Source: Elusimicrobium minutum
GTDB lineage: Bacteria; Elusimicrobiota; Elusimicrobia; Elusimicrobiales; UBA9959
Length of the DNA stretch: 64,000 bases
Assembly: GCA_020723765.1 (NCBI GenBank)
Contig: DYIF01000005.1
Location: 713 to 64,712 of the forward strand
Reading direction: 5' to 3'
Part shown: positions 37,613-46,557 of the stretch, piece by piece
How the letters are laid out: each line of letters opens with the position of its first letter
Numbering within the stretch: the first letter of the stretch is position 1
Program-made: the position numbers and the translations under genes
Notes under the pieces: generated by a model
What the model saw: the letters and a program-made list of their open reading frames with translations, nothing else
What the model was told of the DNA's origin: nothing
Databases searched by the model: none

Positions 37613-39993
37613 ATTATTTTTCTCTCCCATATTTCTCTTAATTTCAAAACGTCTTCTTTAAATACTATATTGCCTTTATCGGTAAGTATGAAAGAAGAAC
37701 CCTGAATTACCTTGCCGACCTTGAGCATCGGCGCTTCTCTCATAAAATTTATAAATTCTTTTTCTTTTCTTATATCCACCTCGAGTATTATCTTCGAACC
37801 GCATTCCCCGAAAAGCGCTTCGGCATCCGAAACTTTATATTTATCTTTTATTCCTCCGATATTTATCTCGACCCCTTTCCCGCAAAGCGCCATCTCAAGA
37901 ACCGCAGTTAAAAAACCGCCGTCGGATACGTCGTGAGCCGAAAGAATATGTTTTTTTCTCATAGATTCTATTATTTTCAAATAATACTTTCTGTTTTTCT
38001 TTAAATCTATGGAAGATACAAAATCGTCTCCCTTAAAAAGCTCCCTGTAAACCGAACCGCCCATTCCCTTTTTAAACTCTCCGATTACATATATGGGATT
38101 TCCCTCCGATTTTATATCCGAAGATACGGCGTTTCTCACGTCTTCCACCGGAGCGATAGCCGAGATTAGAAGGGTGGTCGGAATTTTATAAACTCTATTT
38201 TTTACTGCCGTTTGATTATAAAAACTATCTTTGCCCGATATATAAGGCATAGATATATCGAGAGCCGCTTTGGAAGCGGATATCGCGGATGCGGTAAAAT
38301 CGCCCATAACATCCTCGTAATTGGGGTTTGCCGAACAAAAGTTATCCAAAATCGCTCCTCTTGTTATATCGGCTCCCACGCATACTAAGTTCCTGACCGC
38401 TTCATCCACAACATAATAAGACATAATATAAGGAGAAATCTTTGATATTCTTGAGTTTATTCCGCACGAAACCGCAAAACCTCTATGATTGTTTTCGCCG
38501 GTGACATTCCCCGCCCATATAACGGCGGAGTCGGAAGGAACCCTTTGCTCCATGGAACAAAAAGGCTTTATTACCGTCTGACCGATAACCTCGTGGTCGT
38601 ACTGTTCCACTATGCTTCTTTTTGAACAAACGTTTAAATCGGATATTATTTTTTTAAATCTTTCAGGTATCTCGGAATTTTTTATGGATATGGAATTGTA
38701 ATTTGTTTTTCTTTCTTTGTAAACCGCTTTTTTGGCGATTTGCACAAGTCCGGCGTGAAGGAATTTCATATCCAGATCTATTATTTTATTTTTTTTATGA
38801 TAAACCTCGAGTTTTTTCGTATCCGTAAATCTTCCGACTACGCAAAACTCGCACTCCTCCATTTCGCATATTTCTTTTAATTTATTTAAATTCTTTTCCG
38901 GAACGCAAAGAACCATCCTTTCTTGAGACTCGCTAACCCATATCTCCCAGGGTTCTATGTTTTCGTCTTTTAACAACGCCTTATCCAGCCAGACCTCCGC
39001 TCCGCAATCCGAAGCAAGCTCCCCTATCGCCGAAGAAAAACCTCCGGCTCCGCAATCGGTGACGGCGGTATACAAACCCATATCTCTGGCTTTCAAAAGA
39101 ACATCCAAGACCTTTTTTTCGTTTATCGCGTTTCCTATCTGAACGTGAGATGAAGATGTCTCTTCTTCTATATCCGCGGAGGAAAAAGTCGCTCCTCCTA
39201 TTCCGTCCCTTCCGGTCCTTCCGCCGATAACCACTATAAGGCTTTGAGGAACAACCTTCTTGTTTATTTTATCCTTAGGTATAAGACCGGCCGATCCCAC
39301 ATAAACGAGAGGATTATAAATATAAGAATCGTCAAACACCACCGCCCCGTTTGCCGTAGGGATTCCCATCTTATTGCCGTAATCTCTGACTCCGCTAACT
39401 ACTCCGGATATTATGTTATGCGGGGTTAAAAATCCTTTTCCGATATCGTATTTTTTATCGGGGTAAGCGAAACAAAAAATATCGGTATCTATGACGGGTT
39501 TTGCGCCCATGCCTACTCCCAGTATGTCTCTTATCACCCCTCCCACTCCGGTCTCGGCTCCTCCGTAAGGCTCTATCGCGCAGGGATGGTTATGCGTTTC
39601 CGCTTTAAAACAAATCCCCCATTTTGAGCCTGGATAAAGCTCTATTATACCGGCGTTATCTTTAAAGACGCTTAAACAATACTTTTTATTTAATTTTTTA
39701 GTCGCATAAACTATGGTTTCTTTAAAAAGATTATCGAATTTCTTTTTCATTTTTATCTTTCCGGACCGATCCTTCCAGATAAACTCTACCGGTCCCGAAA
39801 ATGTTTTGTGCTTGCAATGTTCCGACCATGTCTGGGCTATAGTCTCTATTTCGGCTCTGGTAGGCTCTCTTTTTAATTTCTCAAAATAATCTTTTACCAT
39901 TAAAAGCTCTTTTAAATTCAAAGACCAGCCGTACTCTTTGTTCATAGAAACAAGCGTTTTTTCATTTGAACCTATAAATTTAATCTCTCTCAT
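37609..39993 (-). CDS. purL: phosphoribosylformylglycinamidine synthase subunit PurL
   Basis: 794 aa. EIETIAQTWSEHCKHKTF, ETHNHPCAIEPYGGAETGVGG, duplicated AIR-synthase-like domains. Confidence 0.95.
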   Translation of the reverse strand: MREIKFIGSNEKTLVSMNKEYGWSLNLKELLMVKDYFEKLKREPTRAEIETIAQTWSEHCKHKTFSGPVEFIWKDRSGKIKMKKKFDNLFKETIVYATKKLNKKYCLSVFKDNAGIIELYPGSKWGICFKAETHNHPCAIEPYGGAETGVGGVIRDILGVGMGAKPVIDTDIFCFAYPDKKYDIGKGFLTPHNIISGVVSGVRDYGNKMGIPTANGAVVFDDSYIYNPLVYVGSAGLIPKDKINKKVVPQSLIVVIGGRTGRDGIGGATFSSADIEEETSSSHVQIGNAINEKKVLDVLLKARDMGLYTAVTDCGAGGFSSAIGELASDCGAEVWLDKALLKDENIEPWEIWVSESQERMVLCVPEKNLNKLKEICEMEECEFCVVGRFTDTKKLEVYHKKNKIIDLDMKFLHAGLVQIAKKAVYKERKTNYNSISIKNSEIPERFKKIISDLNVCSKRSIVEQYDHEVIGQTVIKPFCSMEQRVPSDSAVIWAGNVTGENNHRGFAVSCGINSRISKISPYIMSYYVVDEAVRNLVCVGADITRGAILDNFCSANPNYEDVMGDFTASAISASKAALDISMPYISGKDSFYNQTAVKNRVYKIPTTLLISAIAPVEDVRNAVSSDIKSEGNPIYVIGEFKKGMGGSVYRELFKGDDFVSSIDLKKNRKYYLKIIESMRKKHILSAHDVSDGGFLTAVLEMALCGKGVEINIGGIKDKYKVSDAEALFGECGSKIILEVDIRKEKEFINFMREAPMLKVGKVIQGSSFILTDKGNIVFKEDVLKLREIWERKII

Positions 39994-40446
39994 TTATATC
40001 TCCTCTACAATTATGTTGTGTATCAATTCGTTTGCGTAATTTTCTTTTATAAAATTTATTATTTCGGTTTTATCATTTAAAGAAAAGTAAAAGCCTTTCG
40101 ATGTTTTAACCTCTTTGGGAGACTCGTACCCCATCTCCGATATTATTTTTTTAACGCTCTCTCCGACCACATCCGTAACCCCTTTTTTAAAACTTACTTT
40201 TACGAAAATTTTATAACCGGGAAAAACTCTTTTATCCGAACCGATTAATTTAAAATTTTCAACCACGGGGTCGTACAGCACTTCCTCCGCTATTTTTTTA
40301 AAATAATCTTTATTCGCGTCTTTCGATATCTCGTATATTCTGGATAATTTTATTTTAGAGTTTAAACCCGAAAAATCCGAAAAAACTTTTTCTATATTTT
40401 CGCTTTCCACGTCGAATCGCTCAAGCGTAATTATCTCTATTTCCAT
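39994..40446 (-). CDS. purS: PurS-like protein, apparently two tandem PurS-type modules
   Basis: 150 aa, where canonical PurS is about 80 aa as I recall. The second half, VKVSFKKGVTDVVGESVKKIISEMGY..VKTSKGFYF...ANELIHNIIVE, fits the PurS pattern. The first half ends LYDPVVENF. It sits between purC and purL, and its stop abuts the purL start. Confidence 0.6.
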   Translation of the reverse strand: MEIEIITLERFDVESENIEKVFSDFSGLNSKIKLSRIYEISKDANKDYFKKIAEEVLYDPVVENFKLIGSDKRVFPGYKIFVKVSFKKGVTDVVGESVKKIISEMGYESPKEVKTSKGFYFSLNDKTEIINFIKENYANELIHNIIVEEI

Positions 40447-40449
40447 AAT

Positions 40450-41316
40450 TTATCCTTTTATTTTATTTAATATTTCGTAGTACTTCTCGCTGGTTTTCCT
40501 GACCACATCCTCGGGCAACGACGGCGGAGCGGAATTTTTATCCCAGTCGGTAGTTAAAAGATAGTTTCTTACAAACTGCTTATCGTAGCTCTCCGGTTCC
40601 GACGGCGGGTTATAGGTTTCTTTATTCCAGAAGCGGGAACTGTCGGGGGTTAAAAGCTCGTCTATTAAAATAAGTTCGTCGTCCAAAAGGCCGAACTCAA
40701 ACTTAGTATCGGCTAAAATTATTCCTTTTTTAATCAAATAATCGTGAGCGAAATCGTATATCTTTAACGATATGTCCTTTATTTTATTTGCAAGTTCAGA
40801 CCCTATCTCTTTAGACATATAATCGAAATCCACATTCTCGTCATGACCTTTATCGGCTTTGGTTGTCGGAGTAAAGATAGGTTGGGGAAGTTTTTGAGCG
40901 TATTTTAAACCCTCCGGTAGTTTTATTCCGCATATGCTTTTGGATTTTTGGTACTCCTTCCAACCGCTTCCCACTATATATCCTCTTATTATGCATTCGA
41001 AATCGACTCTTTTGGCTTTGTAACAAAGAACAGTTCTTTTGGAATAATAATCGTTTAAGCTCAAACCCGTCAATCGGTTTATCTCATCTATATCCGAAGA
41101 AATCAGATGATTTTTAATTATATGTTTGGTCTTATCGAACCAGAAAAGAGATATTTCGTTCAATATCTCTCCTTTATTCGGTATATCGTTCGGAAGGACA
41201 TAATCGAATGCGGATATTCTATCCGTTGCGACTATCAAAAGTTTATCCTCGCCTATAAAATAAACGTCTCTTACTTTCCCTTTATAACATTTGATATCGG
41301 AAAGAGATAAACCCAT
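40450..41316 (-). CDS. purC: phosphoribosylaminoimidazole-succinocarboxamide synthase
   Basis: 288 aa. KGKVRDVY, ATDRISAFD, LADTKFEFG. Confidence 0.95.
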   Translation of the reverse strand: MGLSLSDIKCYKGKVRDVYFIGEDKLLIVATDRISAFDYVLPNDIPNKGEILNEISLFWFDKTKHIIKNHLISSDIDEINRLTGLSLNDYYSKRTVLCYKAKRVDFECIIRGYIVGSGWKEYQKSKSICGIKLPEGLKYAQKLPQPIFTPTTKADKGHDENVDFDYMSKEIGSELANKIKDISLKIYDFAHDYLIKKGIILADTKFEFGLLDDELILIDELLTPDSSRFWNKETYNPPSEPESYDKQFVRNYLLTTDWDKNSAPPSLPEDVVRKTSEKYYEILNKIKG

Positions 41317-41331
41317 ACAAACCTCCTTAAT

Positions 41332-42489
41332 TTAAAACTCATATTTAATTTTTTTGCGATTCGCAAAAATTGCAAACGTCATAATAGAAGCGAAAATAAC
41401 CGAATAAATAAAAAATAGATTATAATTTAAAAAATTAATCATATTCATGCCGATTAACGCCCCTATGCCGTATGCGGTATAAACGGCCCCGTAGTTTTTT
41501 GCGTAATGAGAAAGCCCGAAAAATCTCATTGTGGAAACCGGAGCTATGGCGAGCCATCCGCCCAGATTAAACCATATTATCATAAAACCTAACAAAACCG
41601 AATAAAAATAATTTCCGGCGAATATAAACAAAAGCCCGGCTATAAAATACATGGAAAAAGAAATAATACAGGCCGAAATAAAACCGAACCTATCCGAAAT
41701 ATAACCGTAAAACGGCCTTCCTGTTGCGTTTAAAACCGCCATAACGGAGACTATATACGAAGCCTTTTTAATATCCAGATTAAAAAAATCTATGAAATAA
41801 GAAGCGGTAAACGAAACCGATGTTAACGAAACCGAGCATGCGAAGACAAAGCAAATGTAGAGAATATAAAATCTTTTATCCTTTAAAACAAACGAAGTAT
41901 CGTACCCCGTATGATAATTTTCTCTGTCCAAATCCCTATCCGGTATCCTGACGTTGAAATAGCACAAAAAAAGAACCGCAAAAATAACAAGCCCAAAATA
42001 AAAGAAAGAAAGGAGAATCCCGTATCTGGTTATAAAAAACTTAAATATCTGAGCCGCCGCAAAAGAAGACAAACCGAAGCCCGCTACGGTTATACCTGTC
42101 GCTATACCTTTTTTATCGCTAAACCACAAAGATACCACCTTTAAAGGAACGCCGTAAATAATACCCGTCCCGACTCCCCCAAGAACTCCGTAAGTAAATA
42201 TAAAACACCATATGGAGTTTATAAAATAAGAAGAAATCCAGGATGCTACTATCATAAAACTTCCGATAATATAAGTTTTTCTTACCCCTAACTTTTCTAT
42301 AAGATAGCCGCTTAAAGGCATCGAAAAAGCGAAAAGCATGAGAAAAACTTTAAAAGGAAGCCCGCTTTGAACCGAAGATATGTTAAGGTACTCTTCTACC
42401 GGCTTTCTGAATATGCTGTAAGAATAAACCGTTCCCCCCGCAAGCATTATAACAAAACTATTGATAAGATACTTTATCCTTTGTTCCAT
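41332..42489 (-). CDS. MFS transporter (oxalate/formate-antiporter-like)
   Basis: 385 aa, about 11-12 TM helices with a two-half MFS organisation. It is embedded between guaA and purC. Confidence 0.75.
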   Translation of the reverse strand: MEQRIKYLINSFVIMLAGGTVYSYSIFRKPVEEYLNISSVQSGLPFKVFLMLFAFSMPLSGYLIEKLGVRKTYIIGSFMIVASWISSYFINSIWCFIFTYGVLGGVGTGIIYGVPLKVVSLWFSDKKGIATGITVAGFGLSSFAAAQIFKFFITRYGILLSFFYFGLVIFAVLFLCYFNVRIPDRDLDRENYHTGYDTSFVLKDKRFYILYICFVFACSVSLTSVSFTASYFIDFFNLDIKKASYIVSVMAVLNATGRPFYGYISDRFGFISACIISFSMYFIAGLLFIFAGNYFYSVLLGFMIIWFNLGGWLAIAPVSTMRFFGLSHYAKNYGAVYTAYGIGALIGMNMINFLNYNLFFIYSVIFASIMTFAIFANRKKIKYEF

Positions 42490-42490
42490 C

Positions 42491-44026
42491 TCACTCCCAT
42501 TCTATGGTAGCGGGCGGTTTAGATGTTATATCGTAAACGACCCTGTTTATACCTTTTACCTCGCCTATTATCCTCGAGGCTATTTTATCAAGAACCTCGT
42601 GCCTGACTTTGGACCAATCGGCGGTCATACCGTCTATGCTATCTACAAATCTCAAAGCCAGCACATTATCGTAACTTCGCTCGTCTCCCATAACTCCGAC
42701 CGACTTAATCGGAAGAAGAACGCAAAAAGCCTGCCATATTTTAAAATAATCCCCGGATTTTTTCAACTCCTCTCTCATTATCTTATCGGCTTTTTTTAAA
42801 ATATCGATTCTATCTTTTCTAACGTCTCCTATTATCCTTATAGCAAGCCCGGGGCCCGGGAAAGGATGTTGAAACAATATCTCGTCGTCTATTCCCAAAG
42901 CTCTTCCTATGTTTCTAACATCGTCTTTAAAAAGATATTTTAAAGGCTCCACCAGCTTAAAACCCAATTTTTTGGGAAGCCCTCCGACGTTATGATGGCT
43001 TTTTATAACGGCCGAAGGACCTTTTACCGACACCGATTCTATTATATCGGGATATAAGGTTCCTTGAACTAAAAACTCGGCGTTTTTTATCTTTTTAGCT
43101 TCGGCTTTAAAGACGTCTATGAAAGTTTTACCTATTATCTTTCTTTTTTTCTCGGGGTCTAAGACTCCTTTAAGCCTTTTCAAAAAAATATCCGAAGCGT
43201 CCGCTATTTTTATATCGAACGAAAACTTTTTCTTAAAAACTTTTTCTATTCTTTCTTTATCGCCTTCTCTTAAAAGCCCGGTATCGACGAATATGCATTT
43301 AAGATTTTTACCTATCGCTTTATGGGCTAAAAAAGCCGCCACAGACGAATCCACCCCTCCGCTTAAAGCGCATATGGCGACGGAATTTTTAACCGTTTCT
43401 TTTATTTCCAAAATAGTTTCTTTTATAAAATCTTCCGATTTAAAAAGATTTTTTACTCCGCATATATCGAAAGCGAAATTTTCGATTATCTTCAAACCCT
43501 CTACCGTATGCTCCACTTCGGGATGAAATTGTATCGCATATATTTTTCTATCGTTATTTTCAAACCCGCTTATAACCCCGTTTTCAGTTCGAGAGTTTAT
43601 TTTAAAACCCGAAGGAACCTTAACCACCTCGTCGCCGTGGCTCATCCACACCGCGGTTTTTTTGTTTACTCCTCTAAAAAGAATAGAGTTTTTATCGGCA
43701 TCTATATAAGTAAGTCCGTATTCTCTTCTCTCTCCCCTTTCCGTTTTACCGCCTAACTCCGAGGATATAAGCTGCATACCGTAACATATTCCAAGAATCG
43801 GAATATTCAGCTGGTTTATATCGAACGAAAGCTTTGGAGAATCGGATTTATATACGCTTTGAGGCCCGCCGGAAAATATTATGCCGACGGGTTTTTTAGA
43901 ATTTATATCTTTTAGAGAAGCATTATAGGGCATTATCTCGCAGTAAACGTTCAGTTTCCTGAGTTTTTTGGCGATAAGCTGGGTATACTGGCTTCCGAAA
44001 TCCAATATTAATATATTATCGCTCAT
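42491..44026 (-). CDS. guaA: glutamine-hydrolysing GMP synthase
   Basis: 511 aa. GATase GICYGMQL, PP-loop ALSGGVDSSV, C-terminal PPATIEWE. Confidence 0.95.
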   Translation of the reverse strand: MSDNILILDFGSQYTQLIAKKLRKLNVYCEIMPYNASLKDINSKKPVGIIFSGGPQSVYKSDSPKLSFDINQLNIPILGICYGMQLISSELGGKTERGERREYGLTYIDADKNSILFRGVNKKTAVWMSHGDEVVKVPSGFKINSRTENGVISGFENNDRKIYAIQFHPEVEHTVEGLKIIENFAFDICGVKNLFKSEDFIKETILEIKETVKNSVAICALSGGVDSSVAAFLAHKAIGKNLKCIFVDTGLLREGDKERIEKVFKKKFSFDIKIADASDIFLKRLKGVLDPEKKRKIIGKTFIDVFKAEAKKIKNAEFLVQGTLYPDIIESVSVKGPSAVIKSHHNVGGLPKKLGFKLVEPLKYLFKDDVRNIGRALGIDDEILFQHPFPGPGLAIRIIGDVRKDRIDILKKADKIMREELKKSGDYFKIWQAFCVLLPIKSVGVMGDERSYDNVLALRFVDSIDGMTADWSKVRHEVLDKIASRIIGEVKGINRVVYDITSKPPATIEWE

Positions 44027-44051
44027 AACCCTCCTTGAGCGAAAAACAATT

Positions 44052-45218
44052 TTACTTCTGCCTTCCCATCCCTACAACCTGAGTTTTTTGCAATAATTTC
44101 CCTTCCGCCTTGATAGAAGGAGCTATTATTATCTGAGTCATCTGCATCTCTTTTATATTTTTAGCCCCGACCGCTCCCATAGAAGTTTTTAACGCCCCGG
44201 CTAAATTTTGAGTTCCGTCGTCTGTTCTGGCCGGCCCCAAAAGAATTTCTTCAATGGTTCCGGTTACTCCGACATGAACCCTTGTTCCTCTCGGTAAATT
44301 CGCGTGAGGCGTGGCCATGCCCCAGTGATAACCCTTCCCGGGCGCCTCTACCGCTTTGGCGAAAGGAGAACCTATCATAACGGCATCGGCTCCGGCGGCT
44401 ATCGCTTTACAAACATCCCCTCCGGTAATCATACCTCCGTCGGTTATTATAGGCACATACCTGCCTGTTTTTTTGAAATAAACGTCTCTTGCGGCGGCGC
44501 AGTCTACGGTAGCCGTAACCTGAGGAACTCCTATTCCTAAAACGCCTCTTGTGGTACATGCGGCTCCCGGTCCAACTCCAACTAAAACAGCGCTTGCTCC
44601 TACTTCCATAAGGTCTAACGCGACCTTATAAGTAACGCAGTTACCTAATGCCACGGGGATCTTCATATCCTTTATAAATTTTTCTAAGTTTAAAGTTTTA
44701 ATTTTAGAAGAGTAATAATTAACCGTCAAAACCGTAGCCTGAACGAAATAAATGTCCGCTCCCGCGTCTCTGGCTATTGGACCGAATTTCTCCGCGTTTT
44801 GAGGTATTGAACTAACCGCGCAGTAAACCTTATTCTTTTTTATCTCTTCCACTCTTTTGGCTATCAACTTCGGCTTTACCGGCTCTTTATAAATCTTCTG
44901 GAAAACTTCGGTGGCTTTGTCGTTTGAAGCGTTTACAAGTTCGCTTATAACTTCCTCCGGATTTTCGTATCTTGTATTAACTCCGTCCAAATTCAAAACG
45001 GCAAGCCCTCCCGTTTTATTGAAAGCTACCGCCATTTTAACATCCACCACCCCGTCCATCGCCGAAGCCAGAAACGGGATTTTTAATTTAATATCGGCTA
45101 TGTTCATCGATATATCCACATCCTCCGGATCTATTGTTATATTTCCCGGAACCAGAGCCACATCGTCAAACCCGTAGGTATACCTCGCTTCTCGATTTCT
45201 TCCTATAAAATAAGACAT
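44052..45218 (-). CDS. IMP dehydrogenase family protein lacking the CBS (Bateman) insertion
   Basis: 388 aa. [18 protein letters not shown], and catalytic loop [23 protein letters not shown]. No CBS pair lies between the first two segments. Confidence 0.8.
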   Translation of the reverse strand: MSYFIGRNREARYTYGFDDVALVPGNITIDPEDVDISMNIADIKLKIPFLASAMDGVVDVKMAVAFNKTGGLAVLNLDGVNTRYENPEEVISELVNASNDKATEVFQKIYKEPVKPKLIAKRVEEIKKNKVYCAVSSIPQNAEKFGPIARDAGADIYFVQATVLTVNYYSSKIKTLNLEKFIKDMKIPVALGNCVTYKVALDLMEVGASAVLVGVGPGAACTTRGVLGIGVPQVTATVDCAAARDVYFKKTGRYVPIITDGGMITGGDVCKAIAAGADAVMIGSPFAKAVEAPGKGYHWGMATPHANLPRGTRVHVGVTGTIEEILLGPARTDDGTQNLAGALKTSMGAVGAKNIKEMQMTQIIIAPSIKAEGKLLQKTQVVGMGRQK

Positions 45219-45361
45219 ATGACCTCCGCGGAAACAGAAATTTTACGACAGGTTAGAAAACTACGATATATAAATTTTAGTAAATTTTTTAAAAAATAAA
45301 AAAATAATAAGTTAAATCAATTTTAAAAGATTATATAATTAGAAGAATTAGCAATTAAAGA

Positions 45362-45505
45362 CTATTTGAAAAGACTTTTGTATTTCTCGGGTATATATGG
45401 GTCATATCCGGTTTTGTAATCGTTCCATACTTCTTGGCCAAATCCTTTTATTAGCCAGTTTATGTCGGTTGGGTTATGTATAATAAAGTTTCTAAAATTA
45501 TGATA
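45362..45505 (-). pseudogene. start-less open frame, possible C-terminal relic of a degraded gene
   Basis: Hand translation: (stop)YHNFRNFIIHNPTDINWLIKGFGQEVWNDYKTGYDPYIPEKYKSLFK*. There is no ATG/GTG/TTG in frame. It is locally less AT-rich than the surrounding spacer. No family recognised. Confidence 0.25.
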
Positions 45506-45581
45506 CTAATAGTTGACCAGACTAAATATAAAAAATATTATTTACTACCATTAACCTTAATAATTTATTTTTTATTAGCGA

Positions 45582-45616
45582 ACCACTTTTACAGACGATC
45601 GTTCGTATAAGTGGTC
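45582..45616. repeat. 35-bp nested imperfect palindrome, copy 1
   Basis: ACCACTTTTACAGACGATCGTTCGTATAAGTGGTC. It matches the copy at 46471..46505 at 33 of 35 positions, in the same orientation. Confidence 0.85.
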
Positions 45617-45727
45617 AGTGGAAGAGATAAATATCACTAAAGATTAAACAAAGATTTGGAGGATTAGATGAATGGACGACTGGAAGATTGGCTGTTTAAA
45701 TAAACTTAAAACATTTTCCTATCGTGC

Positions 45728-45811
45728 AACTTTAGACATTTAACATTCAACATTAATCTTTGAACATTCAACTTTGAACTTTAGACATTAGACTTTAAAC
45801 TTTGAACTATT
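45728..45811. repeat. 12 tandem heptamers (consensus RACWTTN) ending on the stop codon of the adjacent gene
   Basis: AACTTTA GACATTT AACATTC AACATTA ATCTTTG AACATTC AACTTTG AACTTTA GACATTA GACTTTA AACTTTG AACTATT. The last unit contains CTA (TAG stop of 45807..46337). Confidence 0.85.
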
Positions 45812-46337
45812 TGGCGTTTCTCTTTTTAAATGTTATTATCACTTTTCTGTTATCGGATATTCTGTATTTCAACGTGGAAGGGTCGGCTTTTTCGGAAATC
45901 TTTATTTTTTTAACAAATCTATTTTTCTTTTTAAAACTTTCGGATGTGTCGATAAAATCTTTTTTTTCGTAATTTAAAACCACATCTTTGCCTTTTACGT
46001 TAACGTAAGTTTTTCTCGGGTTAAGATTGGGTATATCCACCTCCGTAACCACCGTCTCATCCGTTTCCCTCTCAAATATCTTTAAGTTTTCGGTTAACTC
46101 GTTATTCTTTTTTACGTCTTTTTGGGCTGCGTTTTGAACCGCGTTTATTATATCGTTTTGAGCGTCCAGTATGAGTTTATGAGAGTTATCGCCGTTTAAA
46201 AACTCTTTCGAAAAAGCGTCCATATCGGTATTCAGCGTATTTCTTGCGGAATTTATTTCGTTTACCGAACTATTCGTTATCAATTTCTTATCCTGAGCCG
46301 ACATCAAAACCGAAAATAAAATTAATATAAACTTCAT
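45807..46337 (-). CDS. small secreted hypothetical protein
   Basis: The ORF track runs to 46388. A GAGGTGG SD precedes Met18 (46337): MKFILILFSVLMSAQDKK (signal peptide). It is Asn/Lys-rich with no recognisable domain, and it has its own promoter-like element. Confidence 0.55.
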   Translation of the reverse strand: MKFILILFSVLMSAQDKKLITNSSVNEINSARNTLNTDMDAFSKEFLNGDNSHKLILDAQNDIINAVQNAAQKDVKKNNELTENLKIFERETDETVVTEVDIPNLNPRKTYVNVKGKDVVLNYEKKDFIDTSESFKKKNRFVKKIKISEKADPSTLKYRISDNRKVIITFKKRNAK

Positions 46338-46399
46338 AACCACCTCTCTATAAGCCGAAAAAAATTTAAATCCAAACCTTTTCGGCAAACCCTAATTAA

Positions 46400-46427
46400 A
46401 TTATATAGTTTTTTTATAAAAAATCAA
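46400..46427 (-). promoter_or_regulatory. candidate sigma70-type promoter of the small secreted-protein gene
   Basis: Minus strand reads TTGATT-N16-TATAAT, about 60 nt upstream of ATG 46337. Confidence 0.45.
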
Positions 46428-46470
46428 TAGTATTAACAATTTAATCAAATTTCTCTTTAATCTAACACTA

Positions 46471-46505
46471 ACCACTTATAAAGACGATCGTTCGTATAAG
46501 TGGTC
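46471..46505. repeat. 35-bp nested imperfect palindrome, copy 2
   Basis: ACCACTTATAAAGACGATCGTTCGTATAAGTGGTC. Outer 10-bp arms ACCACTTATA/TATAAGTGGT are perfectly complementary, with a central ACGATCGT palindrome. It lies between the hsdR stop and the promoter of 45807..46337. Confidence 0.85.
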
Positions 46506-46557
46506 TTTTAAAAGTATTTAGTATTTGCAAAAAAGAGAATATTTTAAAAAAACTATT

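Noticed and set aside
45219-45300. Possible purine riboswitch in the leader of the IMPDH-like/guaA/pur operon (minus strand reads ...AGTTTTCTAACCTGTCGTAAAATTTC..., reminiscent of the GUUUCUACC...CCGUAAA core)
   Set aside because: I could draw no P1, P2 or P3 helices around the motif, and the segment is too short and too AT-rich to form the three-way junction. An Rfam RF00167 scan would settle it.
45668-45703. 11-codon micro-ORF (MNGRLEDWLFK) with a perfect GGAGGA SD on the plus strand
   Set aside because: It is too short to support as a gene from sequence alone, and there is no promoter-like element upstream. It is noted only as possible debris within the island border finding.
45582-46505. 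Reading the two 35-bp palindromes as integron attC sites or as intrinsic terminators
   Set aside because: There is no GTTRRRY core site and no intI gene nearby. Neither copy is followed by a T-run on the strand of the adjacent genes, so both readings are unsupported.
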